NCBI RefSeq assembly: GCF_001194135.2
Contig: NC_068986.1
Location: 37,006,582 to 37,070,581, forward strand
Length of the DNA: 64,000 nt
Source: Octopus bimaculoides
Taxonomy: Eukaryota
Reading direction: 5' to 3'
The notes beneath the pieces were generated by a model. That model was given only the letters and a program-made list of their open reading frames with translations, did no database searches and was not told the origin of the DNA. Below, piece by piece: positions 23,900 through 37,565 of this stretch; position 1 is the first letter of the stretch, and every line of letters begins with the position of its first letter. Made by a program: the position numbers and the translations under genes.

Positions 23900-24113
23900 C
23901 ATTTAGCCATTTGGAATTACTTCGGAGAGTTCTGAGAATTGGCAAGGGACCCAGAACACGAGATATGGCATAATCTCGAGCCTGGATGTCCACCACTGAA
24001 CCAGTGTAAAAGTTCCCATCTTCACTAATTATTGATGTAAAATTGTGCCGGGGACTATAGGGACACTTCTGTTTCCCATTTATCCTTTGCGAAACATGTT
24101 TGATGGAATTTAC
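23900..24113 (-). CDS. Sema5: Sema5 coding exon 5
   Basis: tttgcag|GTA...G|gtaagt; VNSIKHVSQRINGKQKCPYSPRHNFTSIISEDGNFYTGSVVDIQARDYAISRVLGPLPILRTLRSNSKWLN; phase 0 to 1. Confidence 0.96.
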
Positions 24114-24551
24114 CTGCAAATAAATTCAATCAGTAATGTTGAACATTATTTAGATTATTTACATTTGACGGATATTTATCCTCATCTCGTTTGTTGTATA
24201 TAAAAAAAATGAAGTATATAAAAAAGCAAAACCAGAATCACAGCTAGTCACTGGGGCATAAATGTATAGTGATGGCTTATAGTATTTTATAGTAATAGAT
24301 TTAAAACTGCACCATTTCTACCAAAGGTAACTTCGCACACTGTTAGAAGTGGTGAGATGTTGGGCTGGAGCATACCTACCCAACCATGCCAATATGAAAG
24401 GTATATGTTAAATGATGAGGATAATGTTTTTAAAACTTGAAAAATATAGTCTCTGTTTTAAAGAAAGTATTAAATGAGCTGATTGGAATTTGGGTGCTTT
24501 ATAGATTAAGCTGAGACACAAAACAGATCCTTCTCTGGCTTATATGTATTC

Positions 24552-24592
<41 letters not shown>

Positions 24593-24768
24593 GATGATGA
24601 TGATGGTGATGATGATGAAAACTGGAGTCTTAATAATGCTGGTCATGACAATGGGAGTGATGATCATGATATCAATGAGACAAGAATTGGTAGCTGTGAA
24701 AATAGTAAAAGCACTGGCAGCAAGGAGGCTAACACAGAAGATATGAAAAATAAATGGATGACGATGGA

Positions 24769-24807
<39 letters not shown>

Positions 24808-24815
24808 GAAAATGA
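24552..24815 (+). repeat. (GAT)n-rich tract
   Basis: Long (ATG/GAT)n runs in intron 4; source of the poly-Met pseudo-ORF. Confidence 0.9.
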
Positions 24816-25065
24816 CAATGATGAGGTAGTGGTGTGGCTACTGCTGCTGTTACTGTTGCTGCACTATCTAAAAGATTAGTTTGGTTTTATCACAAATTAA
24901 CTAAATCAAAGACAAGGTGTCTCTGCATTAGGATTAGGCAAAATGGATATATATTTATGTATATATTGCAAGTGGGAGTGGAGTGGGGTGGGGAGGAAAT
25001 CAGGCTGACCACTAACAATGGTCAGTTTATATGAAGACAGAAGAATCCAGTAATGGAGGACTTAC

Positions 25066-25164
25066 ATTTCGCCAACAGCACATAGGACTATAAGCATTGG
25101 TTCCACATGTCAGCACTTGTTCATGTTGGATTATCAAAACACGTACAAAGTTATGGCACTCGTC
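25066..25164 (-). CDS. Sema5: Sema5 coding exon 4
   Basis: acctag|GAC...AAT|gtaagt; DECHNFVRVLIIQHEQVLTCGTNAYSPMCCWRN (ECHNF and CGTNA motifs); phase 0 to 0. Confidence 0.96.
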
Positions 25165-25512
25165 CTAGGTAGAATAAAAATAGAGAAAATAAACATTAAG
25201 TGTGCATGCGTGTGTGTATGTGTGTGTGTGTATGTGAGTGTGTGTGTGTGCATGCTTTAGTGTATAATTGTAGGTGGGTTGACATATGTGTTTGTATGCA
25301 ATTTAACATGTGAATGTATGTTGAGAACATGAGTGTGTATTGAACAGTGTAGGCTGTGTAGATTGTATATCATAGTGAGTGTATATGTATTGTCTGTCAT
25401 TCTATATGTACAACATCTGTGAAAGTGTATGTGTGTAGAATGTTAAGAATGTATATGTGAACACAAGTTTGTATCAATATTTATATGTCTATATATATAC
25501 AGGTGTCATTAC

Positions 25513-25621
25513 TTTTGGAAGTCCTTTCTGAATACATGTGTCCAATGTTGCTTCTGAAGGCATCCATTCAGCATATTCGGTGAGTGTGAGGTTTGCCAAA
25601 GATAACCGAAATATTCCATTT
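25513..25621 (-). CDS. Sema5: Sema5 coding exon 3
   Basis: poly-T gatag|A...AAA|gtaatg; (R)NGIFRLSLANLTLTEYAEWMPSEATLDTCIQKGLPK; phase 2 to 0. Confidence 0.93.
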
Positions 25622-26317
25622 CTATCAAAAAAAAAAAAAAAAAAAAAAAGAAAGATCAATTTATACTACAAATGCATAAATAAACATTATATGATAATAA
25701 TTATGACAACAATTGATTTCCAACAATGATATCAAGTCATATATTTTATAAGAAGTTATGATCAACCATATCAACCCGGATTGGTGCTTTATTTTATCAG
25801 TCCAAGAAGGGGAGTTTTAAGTTCAAATTTCAGCATAGTCAACACAATTTCTCATGCTGTTTATTCATTAAATTAAGTACCAGCAATATATAACAGGTAA
25901 TTCAATTACACCTGTTCCATAGTCAACTGAAATTATTACATATTGATATTTTCGAAACCAATGTCTTCAACACCCTAAACACCAAACCACATGCCTCCCT
26001 TTTCCTAACTTGAGTAAAACAAGTAAGGGTTAATGATAGGAAGGGCATCCAGCTGTAAAATAATGCCTCAATAATAAGTCCTCACCCAACCTATACTAAC
26101 ACTGAAAAACAGATGTAAAACAGAAAAACGAGTAAACTAAATGAAAATGGGGGTTAAGTGCTATCTTTAGAGTTAAGGTGGTTTATGACAGGATTAATAT
26201 CAGTTCAGTAAAATATACAAAATATATCTACAGTTTATGTATCACATGACCTATAAGCAAGAAATGCATAACAGCAAAAATGGACATTAACTGAAAAATA
26301 TCAAGTAAGACTAATGC

Positions 26318-26376
<59 letters not shown>
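26318..26376. repeat. (AAT)n microsatellite just downstream of exon 2
   Basis: Perfect AAT run. Confidence 0.95.
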
Positions 26377-26377
<1 letters not shown>

Positions 26378-26432
26378 TAAAAAAAAAGGCTAAAAATATA
26401 TAAAAGGCAAAATGGCAACAGAAAGTACATAC

Positions 26433-26529
26433 CTAGCCCCAAGCAACAACTGGTGGTTCTTTTTGTCAATTGTTAATGGTACATTGCCTATAAGATCTTT
26501 ATGGTGGAACTTGTAATTATTTAAGAGAT
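26433..26529 (-). CDS. Sema5: Sema5 coding exon 2
   Basis: ttccag|AT...AG|gtatgt; (D)LLNNYKFHHKDLIGNVPLTIDKKNHQLLLGA(R); phase 1 to 2. LLLGAR is the first Sema-domain motif. Confidence 0.93.
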
Positions 26530-27667
26530 CTGGAAATTAAAAAAACAAAAAGAAACAGGATGAGTAAGAGAATAAAATTAAATAAATAGAAATATGATGA
26601 GAAAAAGAAACAATCAAAGTAATTAACGAGAAAGAGAGCAAGATGGGCTGGAAACCATCAGTTTTAATACCAGCACTTAAGTGATCACAGTTGTTGTTGT
26701 TTGTTTTGTTTTTTTATTATTATTATATTTCAGTTACTTAGTTTTGAAATGTCATATGTTCTCTAGGGAATATAACAGATTTTGAGACGGGTTCCACGCC
26801 AAAAGTAGTTTTATGAAGTAATTATAAAGTAATTGGCTTCTGGTAATTGCTATTTTGGTTTTGTTTTCATAAGATTTAGAATACTTTGTAGCTTTACTTT
26901 ATCTTGATATTGTAGGTGTTGCTGGTGTAAATTTTTATTTTCACATCACGACTGCCAGTGTCAGAGACAATAATGAGGTGTTGTTAATATTAATTAAACA
27001 ACAAAAGATTTTATATATATATATACACACAACACACGTATGTATGTATGAATGTATGTATGTATGCATGCATGCATGTATCAATGTAAGTATGTATGTA
27101 GGTATGTATGTAGGTATGTATGTAGGAAAGTAGATATGTCAGTTCCTTAGGATAATAAGAGGTAAGTGGATAATAAAAGGTAAGTGGAAATCTTTGCTGA
27201 AATGAATCTGGAATTTAATTCAATTCTTCATTGTTGTTCTTGTTTAGTTAAGATAGAGTTGATACATCTCAATTTTCCCGTCTTTTTTTCTTTTATATTC
27301 TAGGAGCCTATCAAAATAAGAGCACCTATTTTTGATCATAAAAGACATTTAGGTTAAAGCCAAAACCAGAGACAGAGGGCAGTGACGTAAAAAATTAACA
27401 AGTATGGAGCACAAGTAAGTGACTCCAAATATCTAGAAATAAGTAAATCTAGTCTTCCATAATGTAATAATTTCTTGTCATTCATTTCTCTGATGCACTT
27501 AAAAAGTAAAGATTCCAGTCATGCAACTCCAACATTCTTGCTGCGAAAAAAATAATTTCAGTTTATGTGTCTACCTGGAAAAAAACAAAAAAAACAAGCA
27601 ACATTTTTCCACTTACACTCTCTGAGTTACTATTGTAGGATTTCAGTTTGAAAATTCCTTTTCTATA

Positions 27668-27930
27668 TCCTCTTTGACATTATCACCTTCACCTTCAACA
27701 TCATCGCCATCACCTCCAACTCCACCATTGCTACAATCACCACCATTACCATAACCATCACCATCATTATGATTAAAATCATCCCATTATCTCCATCATC
27801 ATTATTGTCCTCATTGTCATCTCCATTGTTGTCAGTATCATTATCATCATCATCATAATTATCATCAATGTCATCATCATCATCACCACTCTTATCCCCA
27901 ACATCATTTCCACCCATCTCATCATCATCA
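27668..27930 (-). repeat. (CAT)n-rich tract adjoining a decayed family D end
   Basis: CAT/CAC mosaic followed by CATCTTTCCATGCTGACATAGGTTGGAC. Confidence 0.8.
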
Positions 27931-30900
27931 AGCATCCATCTTTCCATGCTGACATAGGTTGGACAGGTCTAACAACCTTGCCATTTGGTACAGTCCTTCG
28001 TAGACATTATACATAAATGTATGAGAGTGCATGTGCACATGTGTGCTTATACCCACCCCTACACACACACACACACACATTCACATATATATAAACACTG
28101 GTTTTGGTATAGTGTTTGTCTACCAAATTTTCACTCACAAATCACTGGTCAACTCAACACTGTATAGTAGATAACACTTACCCAATGTCAAGTATTTTGC
28201 AACTAAACCCCACCGTGTGTTTGGACAGAGAACTTCTTAACCCTACAGCTATACTTTATAGTTTAAGTTCAATACAAAAATTGAATTTCTTACAGGGGTC
28301 AGGTCTTTGTAAGGAACTGCCAACGTATGATGGTTATGCTTTTCCCATGAGTATTAGCGTAATTGAGTATTAAAACTGGATCACAGACTTTCATGGTGTT
28401 TGATACAATTCCAATTTCACAACTAATAATAAAATTGTAATAAAAATACCTTCAGTATCCCCAAAGAGCTCTTAGGGACTAGTGATTTGTTTCAGTTTCA
28501 TGAATATTTATTAAGTAAATGAGAAATAAATCTTTCCCAGATAGAATAATCCTTTATTCTTGACAGCTAGATTACATGAATGTGTATAAATGTTTCATAA
28601 ACCCTAAGGGGTTATTTTAAAGACTTGTGTTTTAATTCTGGCTTCATGATGTTAAACAAATAAGAAATAAATATCCCTTGGGATAAGAAGTTAGTCTGTC
28701 TCATATAACAGGCAGTAGACTTAATCCATCACTTAGTTTAACACCTGGCTCTTGGTTGTCTTTAGCAGAGTCCACTCAGTTGTAAGCATTTCAAGCCAGG
28801 TCACCAGTCAGAGGATAACTTCCTGTCTTCTTCCCACCAGTCTCAGAAGGTTCTGGTAAAGGTCACAGATGCTGTTAGTCATCATCATCATCATCATAAT
28901 TTTACATCTACTTTCCATAATGCATAAGTTAGACACCACTACAAGATCTAGTCCTTGTTGCAGTGTAATGGTTTTTATACTTCAATGAACCTGAGAGCTA
29001 TATCTCCAGTGCTGGACAGGTCAAAAGATAGAAGTCAAACTAATATAGACCACCTCCTCTCAAAGGTAAAAATGAACTTGTGTAGGGTCAACAACCCTAC
29101 CAACCCTACATGAAAAGTGCTAAGTTACAGAAGCATTGATGATAATTCAAAAACCAACAAAACCTGGCTTAAGTAAATAATTAATGGGGTGAATGGGTTG
29201 TGACAATTTGAATCAGTTCTTATTCAGAGCTGTCAGCCTCCTAGAGGGGGTCAAAGGACCATGCCTCATCCAAATGCTTCAACTTTGGTGTGGGTTTTTT
29301 TTTACAACTTCATGTTCTATCTATCACCAACCATTTTATACAGTAGGTAAATTCTATAACTTTGGGACTAGTGAAGTTTTCGTTTTATTATCTGAGACTA
29401 CAGAGTCCTCCTTATTCTATGATGTGATAATACTTTCAGGGTGATATGTCTAAGGAAACTATGGGTGGTGCAAGACAAGAGAGAGATGTTGAGAAAAAGG
29501 CAAGTAAGTGACAATAATTTTTTTCTAAAAATACATAAATTTTAATGTCTTGTTCAAATACACTGAAAGCCTAGAGAGGATTTCAACTGAAGACAAATGA
29601 ATCAATAGTCAAATACTACATCCTATCAGCAATTACATTTGAAAGCCATACAAAATATGTGGGTTGTGAAACTGATCAGTATTAGAATTCATATTTATAG
29701 CTGCCTCTGGTTAAAAGCTCAACAAATGTGAAGCCTTAAATGTTTCTCACAGACAGATTATAGAATTATAGATTATATATAAAGAATATTTTAATTAGCA
29801 GGAAATATTTCAATCAATTATAGAATTTCAACTTTTAATTATCTTTTATTAACATTCTTGTACCTACATGACAGTATCAGCTTCATGAATAACATGGTAA
29901 TTTACCTAGCCAAGGACAGTGGTTTATTAAGTCATTCCTAGTGCTTCATAATAATCCATTTGTAACTTTCAATAGTTCATTCCATCTAGTTACAAATAGA
30001 AACTATGAGAGCATAAAGTTCACAGAATGCAAGTGATGGCAACATTGTATAATAAATTACCGTTTCCTAAGCTTACAGAATTGTGCCCCAAAACCTTCAA
30101 CAGACTTCAAGAATGAAATGGTAAGCCATATATTTACCTTTGACAGAGCCTCAGTAGAGAGACAAAGTGTTCAGTGATGCTTAATACCAATTATCTTGAC
30201 TACTATATGTTTAAAGTTGCTATCTTTGTTGCTGTTGTTGTTTAACATCAGGTCAGTAATGACCCCTAATGCAATTATCTCACTTTTTTTCCTTCAAATA
30301 CAAGACCACATTATTTCCTTTTTTTAAGATAGTAATGTGTCATTTCCATTTTTTAAGATAGTAATGTGTTAGTTGAGAGAAAGAGAGAGATTTAGCTGCT
30401 GTTTCCAGCATACCAAGAAACCACATGGAAAATCCATTATTGACTTATTATTTGTTGTTAATGTTGTGCAACCCCAGATCAGACACATATTGATTATATA
30501 GATATACATATACATTGATTCCCCTAAATCTAACTGGCAGGCAATCACTGATAAAGCACAAGAAGTAGATTAGCCTATCAATTTTGAACCAGTTAATTCT
30601 GGGAAAGAAAACAGACTTTCATAACTGTGGAATACTGAAAACTTAATTTACATTCTCAGGTATTCAACTAAATTACGCTGCAGTATTTCTGGAGACAGGT
30701 GAATACTCACGACAAAAAGTTCAAATGTTGCTAAAGATTTCTTTAATCTAGCTCTCATGCAGAGACCGAAAAGAAGATTAAATCAAAAATATTGACACTG
30801 CCACTGATATGATCCTTTGAAGGGGAATGACTAATAACACAAGATTTCATTGTGGTCAAATGAACACAAAAAAGCTTTCTTCCACAACGTAACAATCTAT

Positions 30901-31519
30901 AACCTTGACCAACTCAGAGTCTCCAAATGGCTTGTATACCTGGTGACCCTTCTGGTATTTGTCAACTACTCAAAGAATAACATGAAAGCGTCTTCTCCTT
31001 GCCAAGGAGAAAGCAACAAATTAAACATCAAAAGATATTTACTTATGTGGCAAATTGACAGAGTCATAAAAGTGTCAGATAGAATAACTTGCAGTATTTG
31101 TTATGGCTTTCTAAGATTTGAGTTCAAATCCTATTGAGGTAAACTTATTTTTCTTCTTTTTGGGATCATTAAAAAAGTACAGAATGGGAGACTGATGGAA
31201 TTGAAAGAATATCAGACTAGATGCCTTGCAGAATTTGTTCTGGTTCTTTGTGTACTGAGTTCAAATCTTGCTGTGGCCTACTTGGGTGGTAGACTTAATG
31301 TCTGGCAACCTTGGGTGCCTTTAGCAGAAACTAATTTGTAACAAGCATTTGGGTCAAGTGTTAGGTTTTGAGGATAACTAGCTCTCACCCACTTGAAGGC
31401 CTGGATCATCGGCACTGCCTTCTCTCTTGATTAAAAGATGAAAAAAGTCAACTACTTTTCACAGTGATGTAACATACAATTCTAAAAGAAAAAAATCATC
31501 AAAATAATGAGATGCCTTG

Positions 31520-32000
31520 ATGCATACTAAGCTCATAATCAGGCAGTCTTGCAACTTTTCTCATAAAATCAGTCTGCAAAACAACTTTGTAAACTCCCTG
31601 AAAACACGCTACCAAAATTATTTAAACACTGGTTGTCTGCCAATAATGCTGAAAAACACTATGCTAATACTAATTCCTAAAAGCAGGAGAAAAGCACAAA
31701 AGCAGCTACAGACATGTAGTTCTAACATCAGTTCTTCAAAAGATCTAGAGGGAATTGTGTGCAGAAAGATAATAAACTTCTTTTTTTTTTTTAAATATGG
31801 AATTCATTAAATTATATCCAGCAGACTTCCTTTCCCAGAAAGAAATTACTTTAAAAACATTTTTAGTAGAACTAAATTGTAAAATGACAAAAATCTATTA
31901 TAACATACTTTTAGGCCTCACCAAAGCCTTTAAAATAGTCCACCTCAGCATTTTATATTAGAAACCAAAACAGATCAAAAGCAGGAAGGTTAGGATTTTG
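31520..32000 (+). pseudogene. Decayed CR1/L2/Jockey-group reverse transcriptase fragment
   Basis: LNTGCLPIMLKNTMLILIPKS (cf. ..TG..P..LK.A...PI.K) and LGLTKAFKIVH at 31911-31943 (cf. LDF.KAFD.V.H). Confidence 0.62.
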
Positions 32001-32983
32001 CTTCTTGGAATTTCTTACAGAATGAAAACTACTAATGAAAATCATTGGTTTTGCTCAAATTTTTGGACTGTTAGAAAGAATGATAAAAAAGAAAGAAATT
32101 TACTTTTCAACCCCAAAGTTATACCTTCACACTCCTGTATTAGAAATTTATACTGCAACACTCGTCATCTAAAGGTCAATGGTTATATATCTGCCTTCTA
32201 AAAGGGCTGAGAAACTTAAATAAAGTCTTCCTTGAGACTTTTAAAGGATATTGACATGCACTATAGTTAACTATGTGCACCAGCTATTTACAGTAGATTG
32301 TAATTCATCAATTTGAGGATTCAATGTGGTCGTTTTTCATGTTAAAAGTAGTAACAAAAGATTCCCTCAAAATACACACTACTAGCTTAATAAAAAGAAG
32401 CACAAATCGATTAATGATTCAAGAATGGCTTGAGATTAATCAACAACAACAACAACCTAGTAAATTATTGATCTTCCAAGTTTAGCAGCTAAACTAAAAT
32501 CTTTAATCTAGGATATACATAACAAAAGATTACATATATATACATATAAAAAAATATTCCTCACAGAAAATGGTGCTCTAGCTTGGCCATAATTATGAGA
32601 ACTAACAATAAACACACACACATACATGTCTTTAGGTGTGGACATACAATTGTTGTGAAGCAATAAAATGACTATGTGAACCATATTCGCTCTCATTAGA
32701 AGAATAAGCAAACAGCCATCAATCTGAACTTAATGTTTATTATTCAAGAGGAAGTAAAATTCAATGTTTTTCTTTTTTTGTGCTTTTATTTTATGTTATT
32801 GGTTTATGAATAAGGGTTTGTGTTGAATGTCTGCTGAACTATTTCTTGTGTGTGTGTGTGCATGTGATTGTGGTTTTGTGTCTGTACAAATGTTCAAATA
32901 TATACATAACAATACAGGGAAACAGGCTTCCAGAGAAGAAAGTGAGAAGGTAACAAAGTATAAAAGAAATAGTAAGAAAGAGT

Positions 32984-33040
<57 letters not shown>

Positions 33041-33073
33041 GTGGGTGGGAGTGAGTGAGGAAGAAAATGAGAG

Positions 33074-33553
33074 AGGCGTAGGAGTGGCTGTGTGGTAAGT
33101 AGCTTGCTTACCAATCACATGGTTCTGGGTTCAGTCCCACTGCGTGGCACCTTGNNNNNNNNNNAGTGGCTGTGTGGTAAGTAGCTTGCTTACCAATCAC
33201 ATGGTTCTGGGTTCAGTCCCACTGCGTGGCACCTTGGGCAAGTGTCTTCTACTATAGCCTCGGGCCGACCAAAGCCTTGTGAGTGGATTTGGTAGACAGA
33301 AACTGAAAGAAGCCCGTCGTATATATGTATATATATTTATATATATGTATGTGCGTGTATGTTTGTCCCCCCAACATCACTTGACAATTGATGCTGGTGT
33401 GTTTATGTCCCCCGTAACTTAGCGGTTCGGCAAAAGAGATCGATAGAATAAGTACTAGGCTTGCAAAGAATAAGTCCTGGGGTCGATTTGCTCGACTAAA
33501 GGCGGTGCTCCAGCATGGCCACAGTCAAATGACTGAAACAAGTAAAGAGTAAG
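33074..33553 (+). mobile_element. SINE family B (GGAGTGGCTGTGTGGTAAG head, internal microsatellite), near full-length
   Basis: tRNA-like head (TGGCTGTGTGG...GGTTCAGTCCC), CCTTGGGCAAGTG core and GAAACAAGTAAAGAGT tail. Older partial copies near 15525, 20461, 47690, 50662, 51950, 58825 and 60661. Confidence 0.85.
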
Positions 33554-34072
33554 AAAGAAAGTAAAACAGAGTGTTAGACAGAAAGTGAGATAGAGCTAGA
33601 TAGGAAGAGAAAATGAAAGAGATACTAAACCAGTGTAACTATTTTAATATTGTTGTTGTTGTTGTTGTTTATCCATTAGAGTTATGACTGATCAAGCAGA
33701 TCTACAATCAAAAGACATTCCAAAATGACCTTCTCAGTGCATCCTTCAGTCTTATAAGGTGGTAGAGTTCAATTTTGGAATTATAGCAAATCAAAATATT
33801 ACTGAGAGGTTCTCTCACTGGTTTATAGTAAATTACATCTCTGTTACTACACTCCTATAAATGTTAAGATACTTTCTACTTTCATGTCCAATAGTTATCA
33901 TTTATACTTGGTTTTTATTGTTGTGTAACCCTAGATCAGCTCTGATCAAGCAATATCTTTTATCTCAATTTTCTTTTTACGTGTAACATTCATTGGATTG
34001 CAGCCATGATGGGGCATCACCTTGAAAGGTTTTGTTGAATAACAAATTGATCCCAGTATTTTTATTTGAATC

Positions 34073-34375
34073 TGTGGCTGTGTGGTAAGAAGCTTGCTTC
34101 ACAACCACATGGTTCCAGGCTCAGTAGCACACTGCATGGCACCTTGGGCAGGTGTCTTCTATTATAGCCTCAAGCTGACCAGAGCCTTGTGGATGGATGT
34201 GGTAGACAGAAACTGAAAGAAGCCTGTCATATATATATATATGTACGTATGTATGTGTATCTATGTGTGTTTGTCCCCACCACTATCGCTTGACAACCAA
34301 TGTTGGTGTGTTTACATCCCTGTAATTTGACAGTTTGGCAAAAGAGATCAATAGAACAAGCACAAGACTTACAAA
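34073..34375 (+). mobile_element. SINE family B, diverged copy
   Basis: Aligns by eye to 33165-33460. Confidence 0.8.
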
Positions 34376-35107
34376 CAATAATTGTCTTTTTTAGAAAAAA
34401 AAAAATCATTGAATAATGTGGTTCACTGCCTGCGATGGGATGGTCACATCTGGAATGCCTTTGATCATAAGTCTGCACAGTCTTGGCTGACTTGGTACTA
34501 AATAGCAACAACAACAAACACAAACACATAATGAGAATGAATTGACTTGAATGTATAACAGAACAAAACACAAGAGAACCATAACAACAACAACAACAAT
34601 AATGAAACAATTATTCTACCCCTCCCTCTCTCTATATGGTTGGCTATGGTGGTAGTAGGGACAAAGAAAGGAGTAGGATGAGGTGATGATATAGAAGAAG
34701 TATTTGCTACATTATCAGAACTCCCTACAACCATCACCACCCCCATTATATATTGCCAATGCAGGGACAGAATTTCTCACAGCAGCTAACATTTTCTGAC
34801 CCCAAAAATGTTAAACACCTTTATGTAAACTGAACTTCTATTTAGAAAGAAGATGTCAGAAGCAGTCTTTTATATGTACACAAAACTACATGTCACTTGT
34901 AATGTTCCTGTCCTTGTTGCTGTTGTTGTTGTTGTAATAGTAGCTTTTGATTTTTGTTATTTGTTGTTTTATTGTGATGTGTGTATGTGTATGTAGCTGT
35001 ATGTATGTGTGTAGCTGTATGTATGTATGTGTATCAACCAGTTTGCTCAAGTGTTAGAGACTCTTTTGTGAATGAAGAACAATAGGTTTATATAAGGTAG
35101 GGCCTTC

Positions 35108-35139
<32 letters not shown>

Positions 35140-35151
<12 letters not shown>

Positions 35152-35400
35152 TGGGGAGGGAGAGAAGAAAAGAGAAGGGAGATAGAGAGGGATGGAAGAA
35201 AAGAGAAGAGAGATAGAGAGGGAGAGAAGAAAAGAGAAGAGAGATAGAGAGGGAGAGGATGGAAAGAAAGAGGGTGGGAGGAGTGAGAGAGGTTCTAATA
35301 GACGCTGAAATAAAAGTGTGGATCTGTGGAAATATATGTGCATGTGTGTGTGTGCATTATTTATTGAAGAGAGAAATATAAGAAAGTAACAGAATAAAGG

Positions 35401-35443
<43 letters not shown>

Positions 35444-35560
35444 AGAGAGAGGAAAGGAGAGGATGGAAGATAAAGAAGAGATAAAAAAAAGAACAAAGAG
35501 AAAATGAGAAAGGAAAACAGAAATTGAGAGAGAGAGAGAGAAAGAGAGAGAGCCAAAAAG
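35140..35560. repeat. Homopurine tract including three copies of a roughly 31-nt GGGAGAGAAGAAAAGAGAAGAGAGATAGAGA unit
   Basis: Visible tandem purine units at about 35158-35256 within a longer GA-rich block. Confidence 0.7.
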
Positions 35561-36067
35561 GAGAAATAGATTTGGCAAAGGGCGGAATGTTTGAGAGCTT
35601 GATGATATTTTAAGTGTGAACATTTAAAAAGAAATGCCACCGATTAAAGAGAGAAACAAACAATAAAGAATGTTTCGATAAAAGCTTGCAAAGAAAGAAG
35701 AAATAAAAGAGAAAACGTTCTGGTTTTCCAGAAATTACATGAGATTTGTGAAGTATAAACGATGTGAAAGAAGAGATTTCTCTTTTTAAAAAAATACTAT
35801 ACGGAAATGAAAGAGGAAGGGAAGTACAACAAATGTAAACTGGAAAAAATATTAAAATATTTTTTAAAAATATGTTATGTATTAATTAATTAATCTTAAT
35901 TATGAAATTTTTAGATTACTTCATGTCATGGTATAAAGTAATTTGTTGAAACCAATTAAATTATAACGTTTTTGTTAAGTACAAATCAAGTATTGGGGCC
36001 AATTTAAACAAGAAACCTCTCCCTGCCAAAATTACTGGCCTAGTACCTAAATTAGAAATAATTAGTA

Positions 36068-36424
36068 TCATCATCATCATCATCATCGTTTAACGTCCGC
36101 TTTCCAAGCTAGCATGGGTTGGACAATTTGACTGAGGGCTGGTGAACCAGATGGCTACATCAGGCCCCAATCTGATTTGGCAGTTTCTACAGCTGGATGC
36201 CCTTCCTAATGCCAACCACTCCGAGAGCATAGTGGGTGCTTTTATGTGCCACTGGCACGAAGGCCCGTCAGGTGGTACTGGCAACGGCCACGCTCAAAAT
36301 GGTGTATTTTATGTGCCACCCGCACAAGAGCCAGTCCAGTGGCACTGGCAACGATCTCGTTCAAATGTCTTTTCATGTGCCAGGAAGGTGACGTTGGTAA
36401 CTATCACGCTCAAATGGTGCTATT
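36068..36424 (-). mobile_element. Family D, longer copy
   Basis: Same 3' end plus internal GTGCCACC(G)GCAC repeats. Confidence 0.8.
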
Positions 36425-36459
36425 GGTATTAATATTAATAGTAACATTATCGGATGGCA

Positions 36460-37366
36460 AACTGGTAAGGTTGTTAGAGCACCAGATAAGATTTCAGCAG
36501 CAGTTCTTCCAACTTTTTAGATTCAGAATTTAAATCCTGCTGAGGTCATCTTTGCCTTTCATCCTTTCATCTTTTCAATGTTGATAAAATTACGTATCAG
36601 TTAAGCACAGGCATCGATATATCAACTACCCAATTCCACAAAATTTCAGGCCTTGTACCTATATTCATCATCATCATCAACATTATCACCAAACATCCAT
36701 CTTCCATGCAGGTATACCTTGGATGCTTTGATAGGCGCTGGCCAAGCTGGAGGACTGCATCAAACTCCATTGTCTGTTTGGCAGAATTTTTATAGCTGGA
36801 TGCCCTTCCTAATGCCAACCACTTTACAGAGTGAGCTGGGTACTTTTTACATAGCACTAGCACCGACAATATTCATTTTGGCATGGTTTTCATGGCTGGA
36901 TGCCCTTCCTAATGCCAACCACTTTACAGAATAGAATTGGTACTTTTCATGTGACACTAGCATTGGCGAGGATTATTATTAAGAGTAGTGGATTAGCAGA
37001 ATTGTTTGAACAATTAGAAAATGCTTTTTTGATATTTGTTCCAAAATTTTACATTTTGTGTTCAGATTCCAGCAAGGTCTACTCTGTCTTTTATCCTTCT
37101 AGGGACTGATGAAGTAGAGCACCATCAGCTCAATATAATCAACTAATCCCCTTCCCTTAAATTTCAGGCTTTGTGACCCTCTTAGAAATAATACTAGAAA
37201 CATTAAGGGTTTGAGGTATTTTTCCCAGATCTTTACTTTCTGAGTTTGAAAATTACTGAGGCCAACTTTGCATTTCATTCTATCAAGGCTGATAAAGTAC
37301 CAAACACACACTGAGGCTGCTGTACTTGATTACTACCTTCCTTTCAAAACTGCTGAAATTGAAACA

Positions 37367-37405
<39 letters not shown>

Positions 37406-37565
37406 GTTATTATTATTATTATCATTATTATCAGGGCAGTGAACTGCCTGAATCATCATAGTATCTGAGGAAATATTTTGTGGTTTTTTGCTCTGGCTCT
37501 TTATGATCTGTGTTCAAACCCCACTGAAGTCAACTTTGCCTTTCATCCTTCCATAGCTGAGACTG
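36460..37565 (+). mobile_element. Tandem/nested cluster of decayed SINE family C copies plus family D fragments
   Basis: Repeated GGCAGAATTGTT...TTCAAAT...GTCAACTTTGCCTTTCATCC motifs at about 36460, 36990, 37210 and 37440. Confidence 0.68.

Noticed and set aside
24971-24998. G-rich run near the exon 4 donor as a G-quadruplex
   Set aside because: Only three runs of three or more G, and on the non-transcript strand; too weak to support.
33083-33236. Exact 72-bp tandem duplication of a SINE head
   Set aside because: The identical copies sit on either side of a 10-N gap; most likely unmerged overlapping contig ends.
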